Shown: one piece after another, positions 1-10,419 of the stretch
Layout: each line of letters opens with the position of its first letter
Numbering within the stretch: position 1 is the first letter of the stretch
NCBI GenBank assembly: GCA_003707115.1
Contig: PPNB01000019.1
Coordinates: forward strand, 62,001-126,000
Reading direction: 5' to 3'
From: Tortispora ganteri
Taxonomy: Eukaryota
Length of the DNA stretch: 64,000 nucleotides
Notes under the pieces: model-generated
Databases searched by the model: none
What the model was told of the DNA's origin: nothing
The model's input: only the letters and a program-made list of their open reading frames with translations
Made by a program: the position numbers and the translations under genes

Positions 1-611
1 TGGGTCTTTTACGCGTACTTTTCGTTTGAACATTGATACTGTTTGCGAAGACATGGCTGTTTTCAGCGTTTCCGATCGCTATATAGCTAGTAAACCTTCC
101 GTACGTATCACATTTCGATTTGTTATCAAATTTTCATAACTATATATATATTTCACTTATAAGTTAATAATCTTGCGAATAATCAAGCTATAATATAACG
201 TATATTTCTTGTACTGAAAGAATAATGAATAAGTAGCACATGGTATTTCAAAACTCTATTCCGATTAAAGTTCATGAGAAAATATTTCGTACTATAGTGC
301 CTCGAGGGTTCCATAGGCGTCTTTTTTCACCTTCGATTTCAATACGTATTTTCTTCATTACTGGTAACGAAGTTGATACACATTTAGGTCTCAAAGAGTC
401 TGGTTATCTCTATTTTATACTGTACATTTAGTACTTGCATTCGGCTTGACTCTTGACGAATCCCTTATTGTTATTGCACAGCGAAGAGATTTTCTAAACA
501 TTGTCTGCCTCTTGTAACATTAGTAACTAAGAAGAGATCTGTTCAATACTGGTAGAGGCAGCTTACTGAATAATTTTACATATACACTCAGAGGTCCTTT
601 AATCCCTATAA

Positions 612-1391
612 ATGGCTCAAGTCGCTACTATTCCATTCCTGTCTCAGATCGAACAAATCGATCGTGTCGCCGAAAGCCTAGTAAGATCACGCCAGATGAA
701 TAATCACAATAGTAATCAACAGTCTATGTATTCTAATGGGCATCAACAATACTGGAACAGTCGTCAAAACCAGCAGCAAGTTCAGTACATTGATCAATAC
801 GTCAATCGAGAAACCGAATCGTCTTATAATACTGGGTTCTATGCGGGATACGGTCCAGCTAAACAGAGGCATTACGGTCTGAATGATTATTCTGCCCATT
901 ATCAGTCTACATTCCAAAGACCAAGCCAAAGGGCGACTTTGACTGTCGCTAATGAAGAGCCGGACTTCAACTTGCCTTCAAGTTCTAATTCAATAGGCCA
1001 TCGAGAATCGGCAACTTCCGGCTCAGGTTTCTCCAATTTGTCTTATTCAAATACTCTGCCTGTATCTTTTCTTGGACCTGCAACTTCTTATTCGGCTTCC
1101 TTGAAACCGAATCCCGCAATGATGACCGTGTCTCGAAGCCTTTTCGAGGATAATACTCCCTCACTATATTCAAACTCTTCTTCGAATTCGCTAGACTCAC
1201 AGTCCGTGACTTCAAGCTTGAGCTTCAAAAACAGCACTGGTTTGTCCTCTTCTGGAACAGCAAATGTTGGAACCAATTCAACATTCTATCCTGCTGCTCA
1301 ACGACAAAGTCCAAGCAATTTATGGGCACCTGGCGTACCACTTAACTTACCGTCCGCAAACATCCCAGGTAAAGTTGGATATACCAGATAG
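612..1391 (+). CDS. Hypothetical low-complexity protein (N/Q/Y-rich N-half, S/T-rich C-half), 259 aa
   Basis: ATG in A-rich context (ataaATG), long ORF, no recognisable domain. Confidence 0.6.
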   Translation: MAQVATIPFLSQIEQIDRVAESLVRSRQMNNHNSNQQSMYSNGHQQYWNSRQNQQQVQYIDQYVNRETESSYNTGFYAGYGPAKQRHYGLNDYSAHYQSTFQRPSQRATLTVANEEPDFNLPSSSNSIGHRESATSGSGFSNLSYSNTLPVSFLGPATSYSASLKPNPAMMTVSRSLFEDNTPSLYSNSSSNSLDSQSVTSSLSFKNSTGLSSSGTANVGTNSTFYPAAQRQSPSNLWAPGVPLNLPSANIPGKVGYTR

Positions 1392-1623
1392 AATTTGCTT
1401 TCCTTAGCCGTTTATAAGTGATAACGAGGAACTGATGTTTAGCCATGACATATTATATGGGACTATAATTGAAACAAATGTGCAGGAAAAAGAAGGTGGT
1501 ATATTTTTGGTTCAACGGGTGAAAATCGACGAGATGTGAAATCATCATGTATGGTTATGCAAAGGTTATTAAGCTTACTAATTGTAGTACCACTTTATGT
1601 AAAACAGATAGCAAAAAATGGTT

Positions 1624-2583
1624 TCAATTAATGTCAAAATGAGAAAAATGGTCATCAAAAGCAGTATGTTCGGACACATCATCTGCAAAGAAAGTCTCGT
1701 TGAGGGGACTATTAGAAATACAATCATCAGGGAACTCGTAGAAAGGTGTCTGCGGTAGTTCATCAATCTCACCAGAATTTTCGATAATGTCTTTCACGCC
1801 AACGTGTATGTTGTTCATCCTGGTTTTTATTCGTTCTATGCATTCAGGAGAGGCGATTTTTTTGAGATAGATTTCGTAGGCGGGGAATATATGTGAGTCC
1901 TCTAATGCCATTGAGAGGTCTGACGGGGTGTTAGATAGCAGTGTATCCAGAGTATCTTTTAATGAATCGACCATTAGATAAGAGACAGTTTCTTCTTCAT
2001 CTAATGATCTTTGATCGGCAGGAATATTGCGAATGTCAGCTGCCAATACAGCATGTGCAAGTTCGCTTTTCAGAAAAGCCAGTGCATTGTTTGGACGAGC
2101 TCCTAACTGGAACCCACTGCGAAAGGCATTGCAAGATTCTATATATTCTTTTTCGTCTGGAATCTTCAGATACGGTGTATCCTTCCCGCTAAGTGGCGCT
2201 TCAGGCACTGCACAATTGAATCGTGTCTGCGGCCAGCTATCATAGGCAGAGTATATGGAGTATAATGCTTTGATTTGCTCCATGTAACTGTACCGGTTCT
2301 CTTTCAGGTTTTCGTCACCATCAATTATTTCAGCTCCTACACGCAAAGCCAGTGCGCGATGCCTCTTTAACTTCTCGCGGAGAATCATCAAAGAGTATAT
2401 GTTCAGAGAAATGTCATTACTTTGACGTTCAGCCAATGCTTTGATAGTATTATGGTAGTTTTTGAGCTCTGTAACGCCAATATCAAGCTTCAAACTGGAT
2501 ACGTTGTTTTCTGTGTTGTCTTCAGAGTCGTATGCATCGCTGTCAGCAGCAGAAGATGCATTTCCGGATAGCTGTTCAGACAT
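1624..2583 (-). CDS. Probable RNA polymerase I upstream activation factor subunit, Rrn9-like
   Basis: 319-aa ORF; 'ALAERQSNDISLNIYSLMILREK...YDSWP' resembles the Rrn9 domain pattern (DLS.HLY....LK...W.AWP); head-to-head with RRB1. The gene is likely real; the family call is tentative. Confidence 0.45.
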   Translation of the reverse strand: MSEQLSGNASSAADSDAYDSEDNTENNVSSLKLDIGVTELKNYHNTIKALAERQSNDISLNIYSLMILREKLKRHRALALRVGAEIIDGDENLKENRYSYMEQIKALYSIYSAYDSWPQTRFNCAVPEAPLSGKDTPYLKIPDEKEYIESCNAFRSGFQLGARPNNALAFLKSELAHAVLAADIRNIPADQRSLDEEETVSYLMVDSLKDTLDTLLSNTPSDLSMALEDSHIFPAYEIYLKKIASPECIERIKTRMNNIHVGVKDIIENSGEIDELPQTPFYEFPDDCISNSPLNETFFADDVSEHTAFDDHFSHFDIN

Positions 2584-2777
2584 TTATCGCGGTTTTCGCA
2601 TTCTACAAATTAACAGAGCTGATAATAAGGTTGGCATGCAACAAGTATGATTGGTCAATACGCCATACTTCTCCCAATAGGGTGCGGGTTAAAAATATAG
2701 CTTTCTCTTTATTGCGAAATTATTTTTCTTACCTAACTATCTTGTATTGAGATCAACACGATTGTTCACTTGTACTG

Positions 2778-4271
2778 ATGGCCCCTGACAGTATCAAACG
2801 TAAAGCTACTGAACGGGATGGTGATGATACGCTCGACGTCAAAAGGTATGCTGGCGAGTCGCAGCCTGTCGCTGAAGATAACAATGATATCGAGATGGGC
2901 GAATTTGAAGGTTTGCCGGAGGATATGTCTTCTGATGACGATGAAGAAGTTGTTGAAGCAGGAGATGAGATAGATGAGGATGAAGAGAATGAAGAACCAA
3001 CTACGAGGAAATCCAGGAAACAAGTTTTTAGACCTGACATTATGAACCTCGGCCCTGATGAAGAACTAGTGCCTGATTCGTCTGTATACAAAATGTTACA
3101 CAGAGTAAATGCGCAATGGCCTGCTCTTTCTTTCGACATTATCCCTGATAATTTAGGCGATGAGAGGCAATCATATCCTGCTACTGCATATTTTGTTGCC
3201 GGATCGCAAGCTGCGAAATCGAAGGAGAACGAACTGACCGTTATCAAGCTTTCGAATCTGTGCAAGACGCAAGAAGGTGATTCGGACGGTGAAGAAGAAT
3301 CTGATGATGATATGGACACTGATCCTATTTTGGAAAGCAAATCTCTGCCCATGGTAGGTGGCACTAATCGGGTGCGCGTAAACAGACGCGGCTGTGAATC
3401 TGGCGAGTACATCTGCGCATCCACTAATGAAACTGGAGATGTGTATATCTGGGATATAACACAGCATGTGAAATCTTTTGATACCCCTGGAGTCATTACA
3501 AAAGGCAAAGTTAACAAACCTGCATATACAGTGACCGCTCACGGTAGGGTTGAAGGATTTGCATTAGACTGGAATCGACATATTCCTGAAGGCAGTCTGA
3601 TCACGGGTGATATTTCTGGTAGGATTTTTATTTCGAACCGATCTTCCGCCGGCAATTGGACTACCGATAAGCGTGCATTTATTGGACATGAGGAAGGACA
3701 TTCCATCGAGGAATTGCTGTGGTCGCCTACTGAGAAGACAGTATTCAGTTCAGCAGGGTCTGACGGATTTATAAGGATTTGGGACACCAGAATGGATGGC
3801 AGAGTTCCTGCGCTGTCACTTAAGGCTTCAACTTCAGATGTTAACGTTATGACATGGTCAGATCGTTTGTCATATTTACTGGCCTCGGGGCATGATGATG
3901 GCAGTTGGGGTGTGTGGGATTTGAGATCCTTGAATCACAGCACGGTCTCTACTGCCACTCCAGTTGCATCGTTTACTTTTCATAAAAGCCCAATCACGAG
4001 CATAGAATTTAATCCGGAGGATGAATCCGTTGTTGCAGTGGCGAGTGAAGATAACACGGTAACTCTATGGGATTTAGCGGTTGAAGCAGATGATGAAGAA
4101 ATACAGCAACAAAAGGAAATAGAGACTGATCTGAAAGATGTTCCCGCTCAATTATTATTTATCCATTGGCAGAAACATGTTAAAGAGGTTCATTGGCATA
4201 GACAAATTCCTGGAACGTTACTAAGTACTGGCGCAGACGGTTTTGCTATTTGGAAGACTATCAGTGTATGA
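2778..4271 (+). CDS. RRB1: WD40 ribosome assembly protein Rrb1/GRWD1
   Basis: Acidic N-terminus, CAF1C/H4-binding-like 'YKMLHRVNAQWPALSFDIIPD', WD repeats, 'VPAQLLFIH...KEVHWHRQIPG'. Confidence 0.93.
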   Translation: MAPDSIKRKATERDGDDTLDVKRYAGESQPVAEDNNDIEMGEFEGLPEDMSSDDDEEVVEAGDEIDEDEENEEPTTRKSRKQVFRPDIMNLGPDEELVPDSSVYKMLHRVNAQWPALSFDIIPDNLGDERQSYPATAYFVAGSQAAKSKENELTVIKLSNLCKTQEGDSDGEEESDDDMDTDPILESKSLPMVGGTNRVRVNRRGCESGEYICASTNETGDVYIWDITQHVKSFDTPGVITKGKVNKPAYTVTAHGRVEGFALDWNRHIPEGSLITGDISGRIFISNRSSAGNWTTDKRAFIGHEEGHSIEELLWSPTEKTVFSSAGSDGFIRIWDTRMDGRVPALSLKASTSDVNVMTWSDRLSYLLASGHDDGSWGVWDLRSLNHSTVSTATPVASFTFHKSPITSIEFNPEDESVVAVASEDNTVTLWDLAVEADDEEIQQQKEIETDLKDVPAQLLFIHWQKHVKEVHWHRQIPGTLLSTGADGFAIWKTISV

Positions 4272-4336
4272 TCGGGTATTTGTTTTCTTCTTAAATGAGT
4301 ATCCACGCAGCCTATAATACCAATTACGATTTTAAC

Positions 4337-4382
4337 ATATATATATATATATATATATTTATATGTGTGTGTGTGTGTGTGT
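4337..4382. repeat. Compound (AT)n/(GT)n microsatellite between convergent genes
   Basis: About 11 AT units at 4337-4358 followed by about 9 GT units to 4382. Confidence 0.95.
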
Positions 4383-4430
4383 CATAGAAAGTGTCATAAG
4401 GGGATTAGTCTTACTCAATTGTTTAAGAGT

Positions 4431-5252
4431 TTAGCATTTAGTTTTCATGTCGGGAGATGCAGAAGAAATTGAGGAATCTGATTCATTTGTCTTGCAGACA
4501 TCCTCAGCAGCTTCACAGTCCTTCAATTCCGTTGTCAATTGTGTATCGGGATTGCCGTTTTCGAATTCGTCAGTCCGAAGAGTGTTAGGAAAGTATCTGC
4601 GCCTAATGAGCCAGACCACATGAGATGTCATAATACCGAGCTCAAGTACTAGTACGACAATGTAGAGTACGCCACCCATGATATCGAACTCGCCATCCAC
4701 TGCGAGGGATAGTAAAGAGAATAGAGCTCCCAGACTGTCGAAGCATAGAAACACAAAATTAATGCCCACAACTCTTCCTTGTCTCTTTGCCAGTTCAATA
4801 TAAGGCGGGATCAGTCCGAGTACAAGCAATACAGAAGCAGTGATACCAAATATGAGATTAGGCCATGTAGTGCCACGTTCATAAACTGGCTTCAAAGGAA
4901 CAATGCAGGCCACCATTACACCAGCGCATACCACAAGAAATACACTGAACACTATGAGAATGCGCTTAAGAGGTTGTGGATTTGGAGGATAGTAGAGAGT
5001 TTGAGCCCAAGAGATCGCTGAGAAAAGCATGAAAACTTCAGGCTGGACTTGCACGGGAATGTTGGCTTCTGCAACAATAAAATAGATTCCGAATGGTACT
5101 CCAGATACGGCCCATAAAAACATCATCAACGGGGGCAGACCTTCTGTAGTCTTCCTTCGCCAGTTATACCATATTTGAGGTACAAGTTGAATACACCAAA
5201 ATACTGTACCAATAGTACCCAGGATATTTGCGGAGACGGAGGCGTCAGACAT
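4431..5252 (-). CDS. PQ-loop repeat membrane protein (YDR090C/Ilt1-like)
   Basis: 'GTVFWCIQLVPQIWYNWRRKTTEGL' PQ loop; second loop 'GLIPPYIEL..RQGRVVGINF'; about 7 TM segments. Confidence 0.88.
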   Translation of the reverse strand: MSDASVSANILGTIGTVFWCIQLVPQIWYNWRRKTTEGLPPLMMFLWAVSGVPFGIYFIVAEANIPVQVQPEVFMLFSAISWAQTLYYPPNPQPLKRILIVFSVFLVVCAGVMVACIVPLKPVYERGTTWPNLIFGITASVLLVLGLIPPYIELAKRQGRVVGINFVFLCFDSLGALFSLLSLAVDGEFDIMGGVLYIVVLVLELGIMTSHVVWLIRRRYFPNTLRTDEFENGNPDTQLTTELKDCEAAEDVCKTNESDSSISSASPDMKTKC

Positions 5253-6000
5253 GATTTATATATGTATACTGTCGTACTTTGATCGGCTGTACCAGCTAAA
5301 AGTATGAGATATTTCCTTAGCAGCTTAGATTTGTCAGATCTTCTATAAATTAGATATCAGACGCGAAATGTATAAATTATTATCGGCAGATAGTGGAGTA
5401 GCTTTGATATACAGGGTTTTCTCCTTTTTTTCCTTTATCTTTATATAAAGGCTTTCTTCTATGGTTGACTAACGCAAAGATTTATACTTAGACTTTTGGG
5501 TGATATTTCCAATTTGGGACTTTTGCGTACGATTAATGTTATACTTATCTAACAAAAGAGCAATTTCAGTCCTGTAAAAAAATGCATATGACTCATTGAT
5601 CCTCGATTTACGTAACTAATAATATGGCAGATACAACCGGTGGGGGAGCTCTATTTCTCGGATACCACATCTTCATAGCCAAGCGCCCCTCGTCGCTTAA
5701 AGTGACAATGCATCGAAGTAGTTCAGCTACCAGGTGACCAGCGTATGTGCGCGTGTAAATTTGAGACGGGCCTGAACATCTTTAGCTACACCGCAGAGAT
5801 GATCCGATTTGCCCGAAACTGATTGGATGTTGTAAGCGATACCCCCTCCTTTTCAGCTGCTTTCAAGGATTAGATGTTTGATCCTAATTAATGCACAGAT
5901 TATAATTATGTTTAAGGGTCCAACTGGCTTGAACGGGATAGAGTTGCCTGAAAAGTTCAGGTAGCTACAGGGGCTTCTTCCCCTTGATCTCCCCCTATAA

Positions 6001-6026
6001 CGCTAAAACCGCTAAAACCGCTAAAA
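6001..6026. repeat. Short tandem repeat (CGCTAAAAC) x ~3 in the PQ-loop/STE50 divergent promoter
   Basis: cgctaaaac cgctaaaac cgctaaaa. Confidence 0.85.
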
Positions 6027-6358
6027 TGGGCTTCAGCGGCTCTAGAGACTTTTATTCAGTTTCGCAGCCTAATAATTCTAATAACTTGAAAGTCAAAACT
6101 TAACGGCTATTTTCCCATTTTAGTTCATGTTCCCTTTCCCATAGCAACAAATCCTTATTGGTTAGTAAGTTTAGCCAATGTTCGTTACCTGCTACTACGA
6201 CTGGCTAATCCAGAAGATCTGGAACAACTGCCGCGCATCAATCATCATCTGAAATCAACGTCAAACGGCCAGCTTCATAACGCCAGTATTCTCTAGAGCT
6301 GGAACTTTTGCATCGAAATTATTTCACGTATCTTATATTTACCTTTGACGGAAAAGTC

Positions 6359-7504
6359 ATGGACAACCTCCGTACTAAATCTTTGTCTCAATGGTCTTTA
6401 GACGACGTGTCCGTTTATCTTAGTAGCCTTGGTTTAGATCAGTATCTCCCTCTATTCAAAGAACACGACCTCACCGGAGACGTCCTAATCAGATTAAACC
6501 ATTCGCTATTGCGCGAAATTGGTGTCGTTCTTGTAGGTGATCGTCTGGACATCCTTCTGGGCATTTATACCTTAAAAGCTGCCCAAAATATCCCCCTGCT
6601 CGACGATGACTTTGTCCCGAACGATTCACAGATTCTAACTAAAGAGAGAGCACAGTACGAGTTACAAGCAAGAGATAATCGCATACATACTCTGGAACTA
6701 GAACTGAAAAGACTCTCCGATTCTCACATTCGCATAAGGGAAGAACTTCTTCCTCTTCACAAAATTGTCAAAGATTCCAAGCCTCTTCCTACACCAGGGA
6801 ACACAATCTCCTCAGAAATAACCTCTAATACTTCCGGATTTGTATCCCCTAATAATACGACTCTAAGACCAGGTGCCTCCAATAGGCATTCCACTTTCTA
6901 TGCGCAACCGCATGACAATCCACCGAAATATTCGGCTGTTTCTTCTTCATCTTCAATCACCCCAACCACGCCTTCCTCTGCTCATGTCGAATCCTTTCAG
7001 GCACAATCTCCTTCGCGTTCTACTCCTCCCAAATCTGGTGCATCAATAGCCGACTCCAACACTTCCTCTAGCTCTCTTGCACCTCATGACCCAAGAACAA
7101 ATATGCATGTTACATCACCAGATTCTGCTGCTCCTCTGTCGTCGCCCGCCCAACCACACGATGCAAGGCGTCACATGCAAGCCCATTCTAGCTCATCCAC
7201 TAAGCTTTCTGGTTCCAATGACGCCTTTAAGGCTTTTCGAGTTCAAGAATCTGACCCCTGTTATAAAGTCTTGCCATCAGTATTGCGACGTTATCGTGTC
7301 GACGACGATTGGCGTAAGTATGCTCTTTTAGTGTGCTATGACGAAGTTGAACGCATATTAGGATACGACGAAAAGCCATTAGCTATATTTAAAGAACTCC
7401 AGGAAGCGGGCCTGAATCCTGTTTTCATGCTGCGGCATGTAGATGGCGGAACACCCGACCAAGGCTTGATAGTTAACTCTTCTACGCCAGGTGGCGTGCT
7501 ATAG
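6359..7504 (+). CDS. STE50: MAPK adaptor Ste50 (SAM, coiled coil, Ras-association domain)
   Basis: N-terminal SAM 'WSLDDVSVYLSSLGLDQY...LREIGV..VGDRLDIL'; C-terminal RA 'FRVQESDPCYKVLP..LRRY...KPL.IFK.L...G.NPVFMLR...TPGGVL'. First ATG is 6359 (track start 6308 is TTG). Confidence 0.9.
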   Translation: MDNLRTKSLSQWSLDDVSVYLSSLGLDQYLPLFKEHDLTGDVLIRLNHSLLREIGVVLVGDRLDILLGIYTLKAAQNIPLLDDDFVPNDSQILTKERAQYELQARDNRIHTLELELKRLSDSHIRIREELLPLHKIVKDSKPLPTPGNTISSEITSNTSGFVSPNNTTLRPGASNRHSTFYAQPHDNPPKYSAVSSSSSITPTTPSSAHVESFQAQSPSRSTPPKSGASIADSNTSSSSLAPHDPRTNMHVTSPDSAAPLSSPAQPHDARRHMQAHSSSSTKLSGSNDAFKAFRVQESDPCYKVLPSVLRRYRVDDDWRKYALLVCYDEVERILGYDEKPLAIFKELQEAGLNPVFMLRHVDGGTPDQGLIVNSSTPGGVL

Positions 7505-7643
7505 ATACCACAAAGAAGAGAAAAGCGAGAAATTTTCAGTCATGTGCTAATAACAATTTATTTTAGTAATAACAGCAATTTCACGGCATGATTCACTTGT
7601 TATCTTACCCTGATTGCTCAGAACCACCACATATTTGTGGTAC

Positions 7644-9629
7644 TTACTCTCGTGAAAGAGGCATACCCTGTACAGATGAAGCGAGATTCCTGAATGTGTC
7701 GGCCACTAATTCAGCGTACTTCACTCGTTCCCACGCCCAATTCTGCAGTGCCTTGGAGATATCAAACTCGCTGTTCTGCAAGAAATCAAGCTCCTTGTAG
7801 AGATTATATCTTAAAATCCACTCTCGTTCAACCAGCAGTGCTATTTGCTTGGTATCATTTTCAATCAGCTTTTGTAGTCGGGATATTTCGGATGATATTT
7901 TAGTATTAGCATTTCCATTAGAGCCCGTCTCTGAGTGAGAAAGACTTTCCATGAGTCGACGCAAGCGATTTTCATTCGACTCTACACGTCTCTCCAATTG
8001 AGGTATATTATTGGCAATCGTTTTGTCGAATCTTTGGAACATCTCAGAAACAGCCAAAAGATTATCTTTGATTCGTTTTAAGTCCTCAAGAACACCAATA
8101 TCCCAAGCTCCAGATTCGTCAATAGAAATAGACTGAAACCCGTCCAAAATTTTAGCCGTAGATATAAGCCCATCCGCTATTCTTTCAAGTTCACCGCCGT
8201 CTTGGCCTGTTTCTGATGTGGAGATGCAATACAGTTGCTGATTTGAAGACACAATGTAGCGAAATCGAGATGCAATATGATGATGATCAATTCCGATGTG
8301 CATCTTCCGGGTGTTAATCCTATCAAGAAGTTTGCATGTTTGCGCGTAGTAAGCTATCGCGTCATTCAACGACGCACGCGTAGTCTCAATTAGGGATTCA
8401 TAAATGGACCAGTTAGAAATAAAACTCTCGGGGACAGTACTGTCGAAATTTTTATCATCATACTCTTCAACAATGTGCAGGTCGGTGGATTTTCTCCAAG
8501 TTGAAAGTTCGGTGGGGGTAGAGACGAACATTGTCACTAGCGTCTCACGAGATAGAATGGGATGTGCAAGAAGTTGCGTAATAAATCTGGTCAGGCCTCG
8601 GCGACGTCTTTCGAGGAACTTTATGTCGCTAGACAGATAGTGACCATTTACTTGAAGTTTTTTAGGTGGTAGCACTGGAACAATCCGACAGGGGTACCGT
8701 TTGATTAAAGCCTCGAATAACCAAACAAAGTCTGAGTATCTTCTAACAACCTTTGGTTTGTTAACACCTTTCAATTCAATAAGGTATGTAACATGGCGAA
8801 ATAAAAAGACACCTTCCTTCTCCGGCATTACAGTAATAAAAACGGTGTCATCATCTCGAGGTCCATCTAACATATGAGTTGGGAAGCTTTGGTCAGAATG
8901 CAAAGAAAGCGAAGAAAGGCGATCTGATCCCCAGGGATCGAGAGCAGAGGATCCGGACGGACGAATCGGGCGAGGGGCAGCAATGGGATCGGATCTATAG
9001 CCAGTGTTGGTGCCTTTGTTGGTATAAACGTTAGAGGTTGATTGTGGTGGTAGTTCCAGAGACTTTGAAAGAGGAGTAGTATCGAGTATTTGTTGGCCAA
9101 TTTCAGAGTGATTAGAACCTTGTTTTGGGCCAAAAGCTGTAGCAGGTAAGTCAAGGTGTGGGATAGGCAAATTGGACTTACGCATTTCAATAAGGTCCAA
9201 AGATGGAGTATCTCCTTGTTGAGCTAGAGCAATTAGGGCCATCGCTGTGTTCCAAGAATTTTGAGTGATTCGTGAGCCTGCATGGCGGTCTGAAAGTATT
9301 ATTCCCTCGATAGAATCCATTTGATCCACCGAGAGATGGGCTTTTGACAAGAGGTCTCTGAAAGCGCCAGTGTTCACGCTTCCATCTACTGGGCCAGCAA
9401 AGTGATAAGCATCTAGATAAATTTGTGGTACTTTTATTCCTTGCAGTATTTTAGCGGCAGAGAGACCCTCTGGCAGATTCAAGTCAGTATTTGTGACAGC
9501 TGATTGAGCCCATACTCCGGAGACCTGTTGAACATCAGAGTCGTCAATCGGGTTATCCCTGGATCTCTGAATTGGCATAGACCCAAATAAAGAGTCTGAA
9601 TTATCCTGGTCTTCACCAAATAGAGACAT
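7644..9629 (-). CDS. MVP1: Sorting nexin Mvp1 (PX-BAR)
   Basis: 'EKEGVFLFRHVTY...VVRRYSDFVWL...RYP.RIVP.LPPK...FLERRRRGL.RF' PX domain followed by a BAR coiled coil. Confidence 0.9.
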   Translation of the reverse strand: MSLFGEDQDNSDSLFGSMPIQRSRDNPIDDSDVQQVSGVWAQSAVTNTDLNLPEGLSAAKILQGIKVPQIYLDAYHFAGPVDGSVNTGAFRDLLSKAHLSVDQMDSIEGIILSDRHAGSRITQNSWNTAMALIALAQQGDTPSLDLIEMRKSNLPIPHLDLPATAFGPKQGSNHSEIGQQILDTTPLSKSLELPPQSTSNVYTNKGTNTGYRSDPIAAPRPIRPSGSSALDPWGSDRLSSLSLHSDQSFPTHMLDGPRDDDTVFITVMPEKEGVFLFRHVTYLIELKGVNKPKVVRRYSDFVWLFEALIKRYPCRIVPVLPPKKLQVNGHYLSSDIKFLERRRRGLTRFITQLLAHPILSRETLVTMFVSTPTELSTWRKSTDLHIVEEYDDKNFDSTVPESFISNWSIYESLIETTRASLNDAIAYYAQTCKLLDRINTRKMHIGIDHHHIASRFRYIVSSNQQLYCISTSETGQDGGELERIADGLISTAKILDGFQSISIDESGAWDIGVLEDLKRIKDNLLAVSEMFQRFDKTIANNIPQLERRVESNENRLRRLMESLSHSETGSNGNANTKISSEISRLQKLIENDTKQIALLVEREWILRYNLYKELDFLQNSEFDISKALQNWAWERVKYAELVADTFRNLASSVQGMPLSRE

Positions 9630-9885
9630 TATTTAACAAATTATCCTGCTCTATATAGTAATATCGACCAGCAGTAGATAAATTTTAGCTGTTATGTGCC
9701 CGGAGCGAGAGGAACGGCAATTCGATTTTGCACCGATTAGATAAATACAAACTTTCGTGCAAGATTGATCCCGAGTTGGCATAACAACCAGTACGCAACC
9801 ACTCAGCAAATTCGGCTGATCCTTTCTATATATTCATTTTTACCACTCATAGTTAGGCTGCGTAATCAAAATAAGCAAACCTAAA

Positions 9886-10125
9886 ATGGAGAATCAGCCG
9901 TTAGAACTGTTGACTATGTCTTTAGACGAAATGGTATTTATTAAAATGCGGGGCAACAGGGAACTAAAAGGTCGCTTGCATGCATTCGATTCTCACTGCA
10001 ACATCATTTTGGGTCAAGTACAAGAAATGATATACTCGGATCCTGATATACCTCCGGCAGTTAAGACTTCACCTATGCTGTATGTGCGCGGCGATGCAAT
10101 TGTTTTAGTATCACCGATCAACTAA
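9886..10125 (+). CDS. LSM3: U6 snRNA-associated Sm-like protein Lsm3
   Basis: 'PLELL..SLDE.VFIKMRG.REL.GRLHAFDSHCNIILG...MLYVRGDAIVLVSP'. Confidence 0.93.
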   Translation: MENQPLELLTMSLDEMVFIKMRGNRELKGRLHAFDSHCNIILGQVQEMIYSDPDIPPAVKTSPMLYVRGDAIVLVSPIN

Positions 10126-10419
10126 GAGTTACTATCTCACTGATATCCAGCCTCATAGCTAACTGTCTCAACGATAGGTATTTACCTTAACTGGCCCACC
10201 TCAATTCATCGTCGTATTAGTACCGTATCTCAGTCATGACGTTCATCCCTGTGTCCAAAATAGATTTTTGCACTGCCATCCGACAAAAACATTCACAATT
10301 ACACTGAGAGAAGCAATTGACCGCTTTAGGACTAGCGCACCTGCTCATAGTGCTGATTTTGTTCGCTGCTTTCTACTCCCAACTTTCGAGACGAGGCTCG
10401 CGAATAACGCGTCTCACCA

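Noticed and set aside
2753..3517. 254-aa antisense ORF, and the many other 60-170 aa ORFs overlapping real genes
   Set aside because: Shadow frames of well-supported CDSs (S/F-rich mirrors of acidic regions), no domain features, often non-ATG starts
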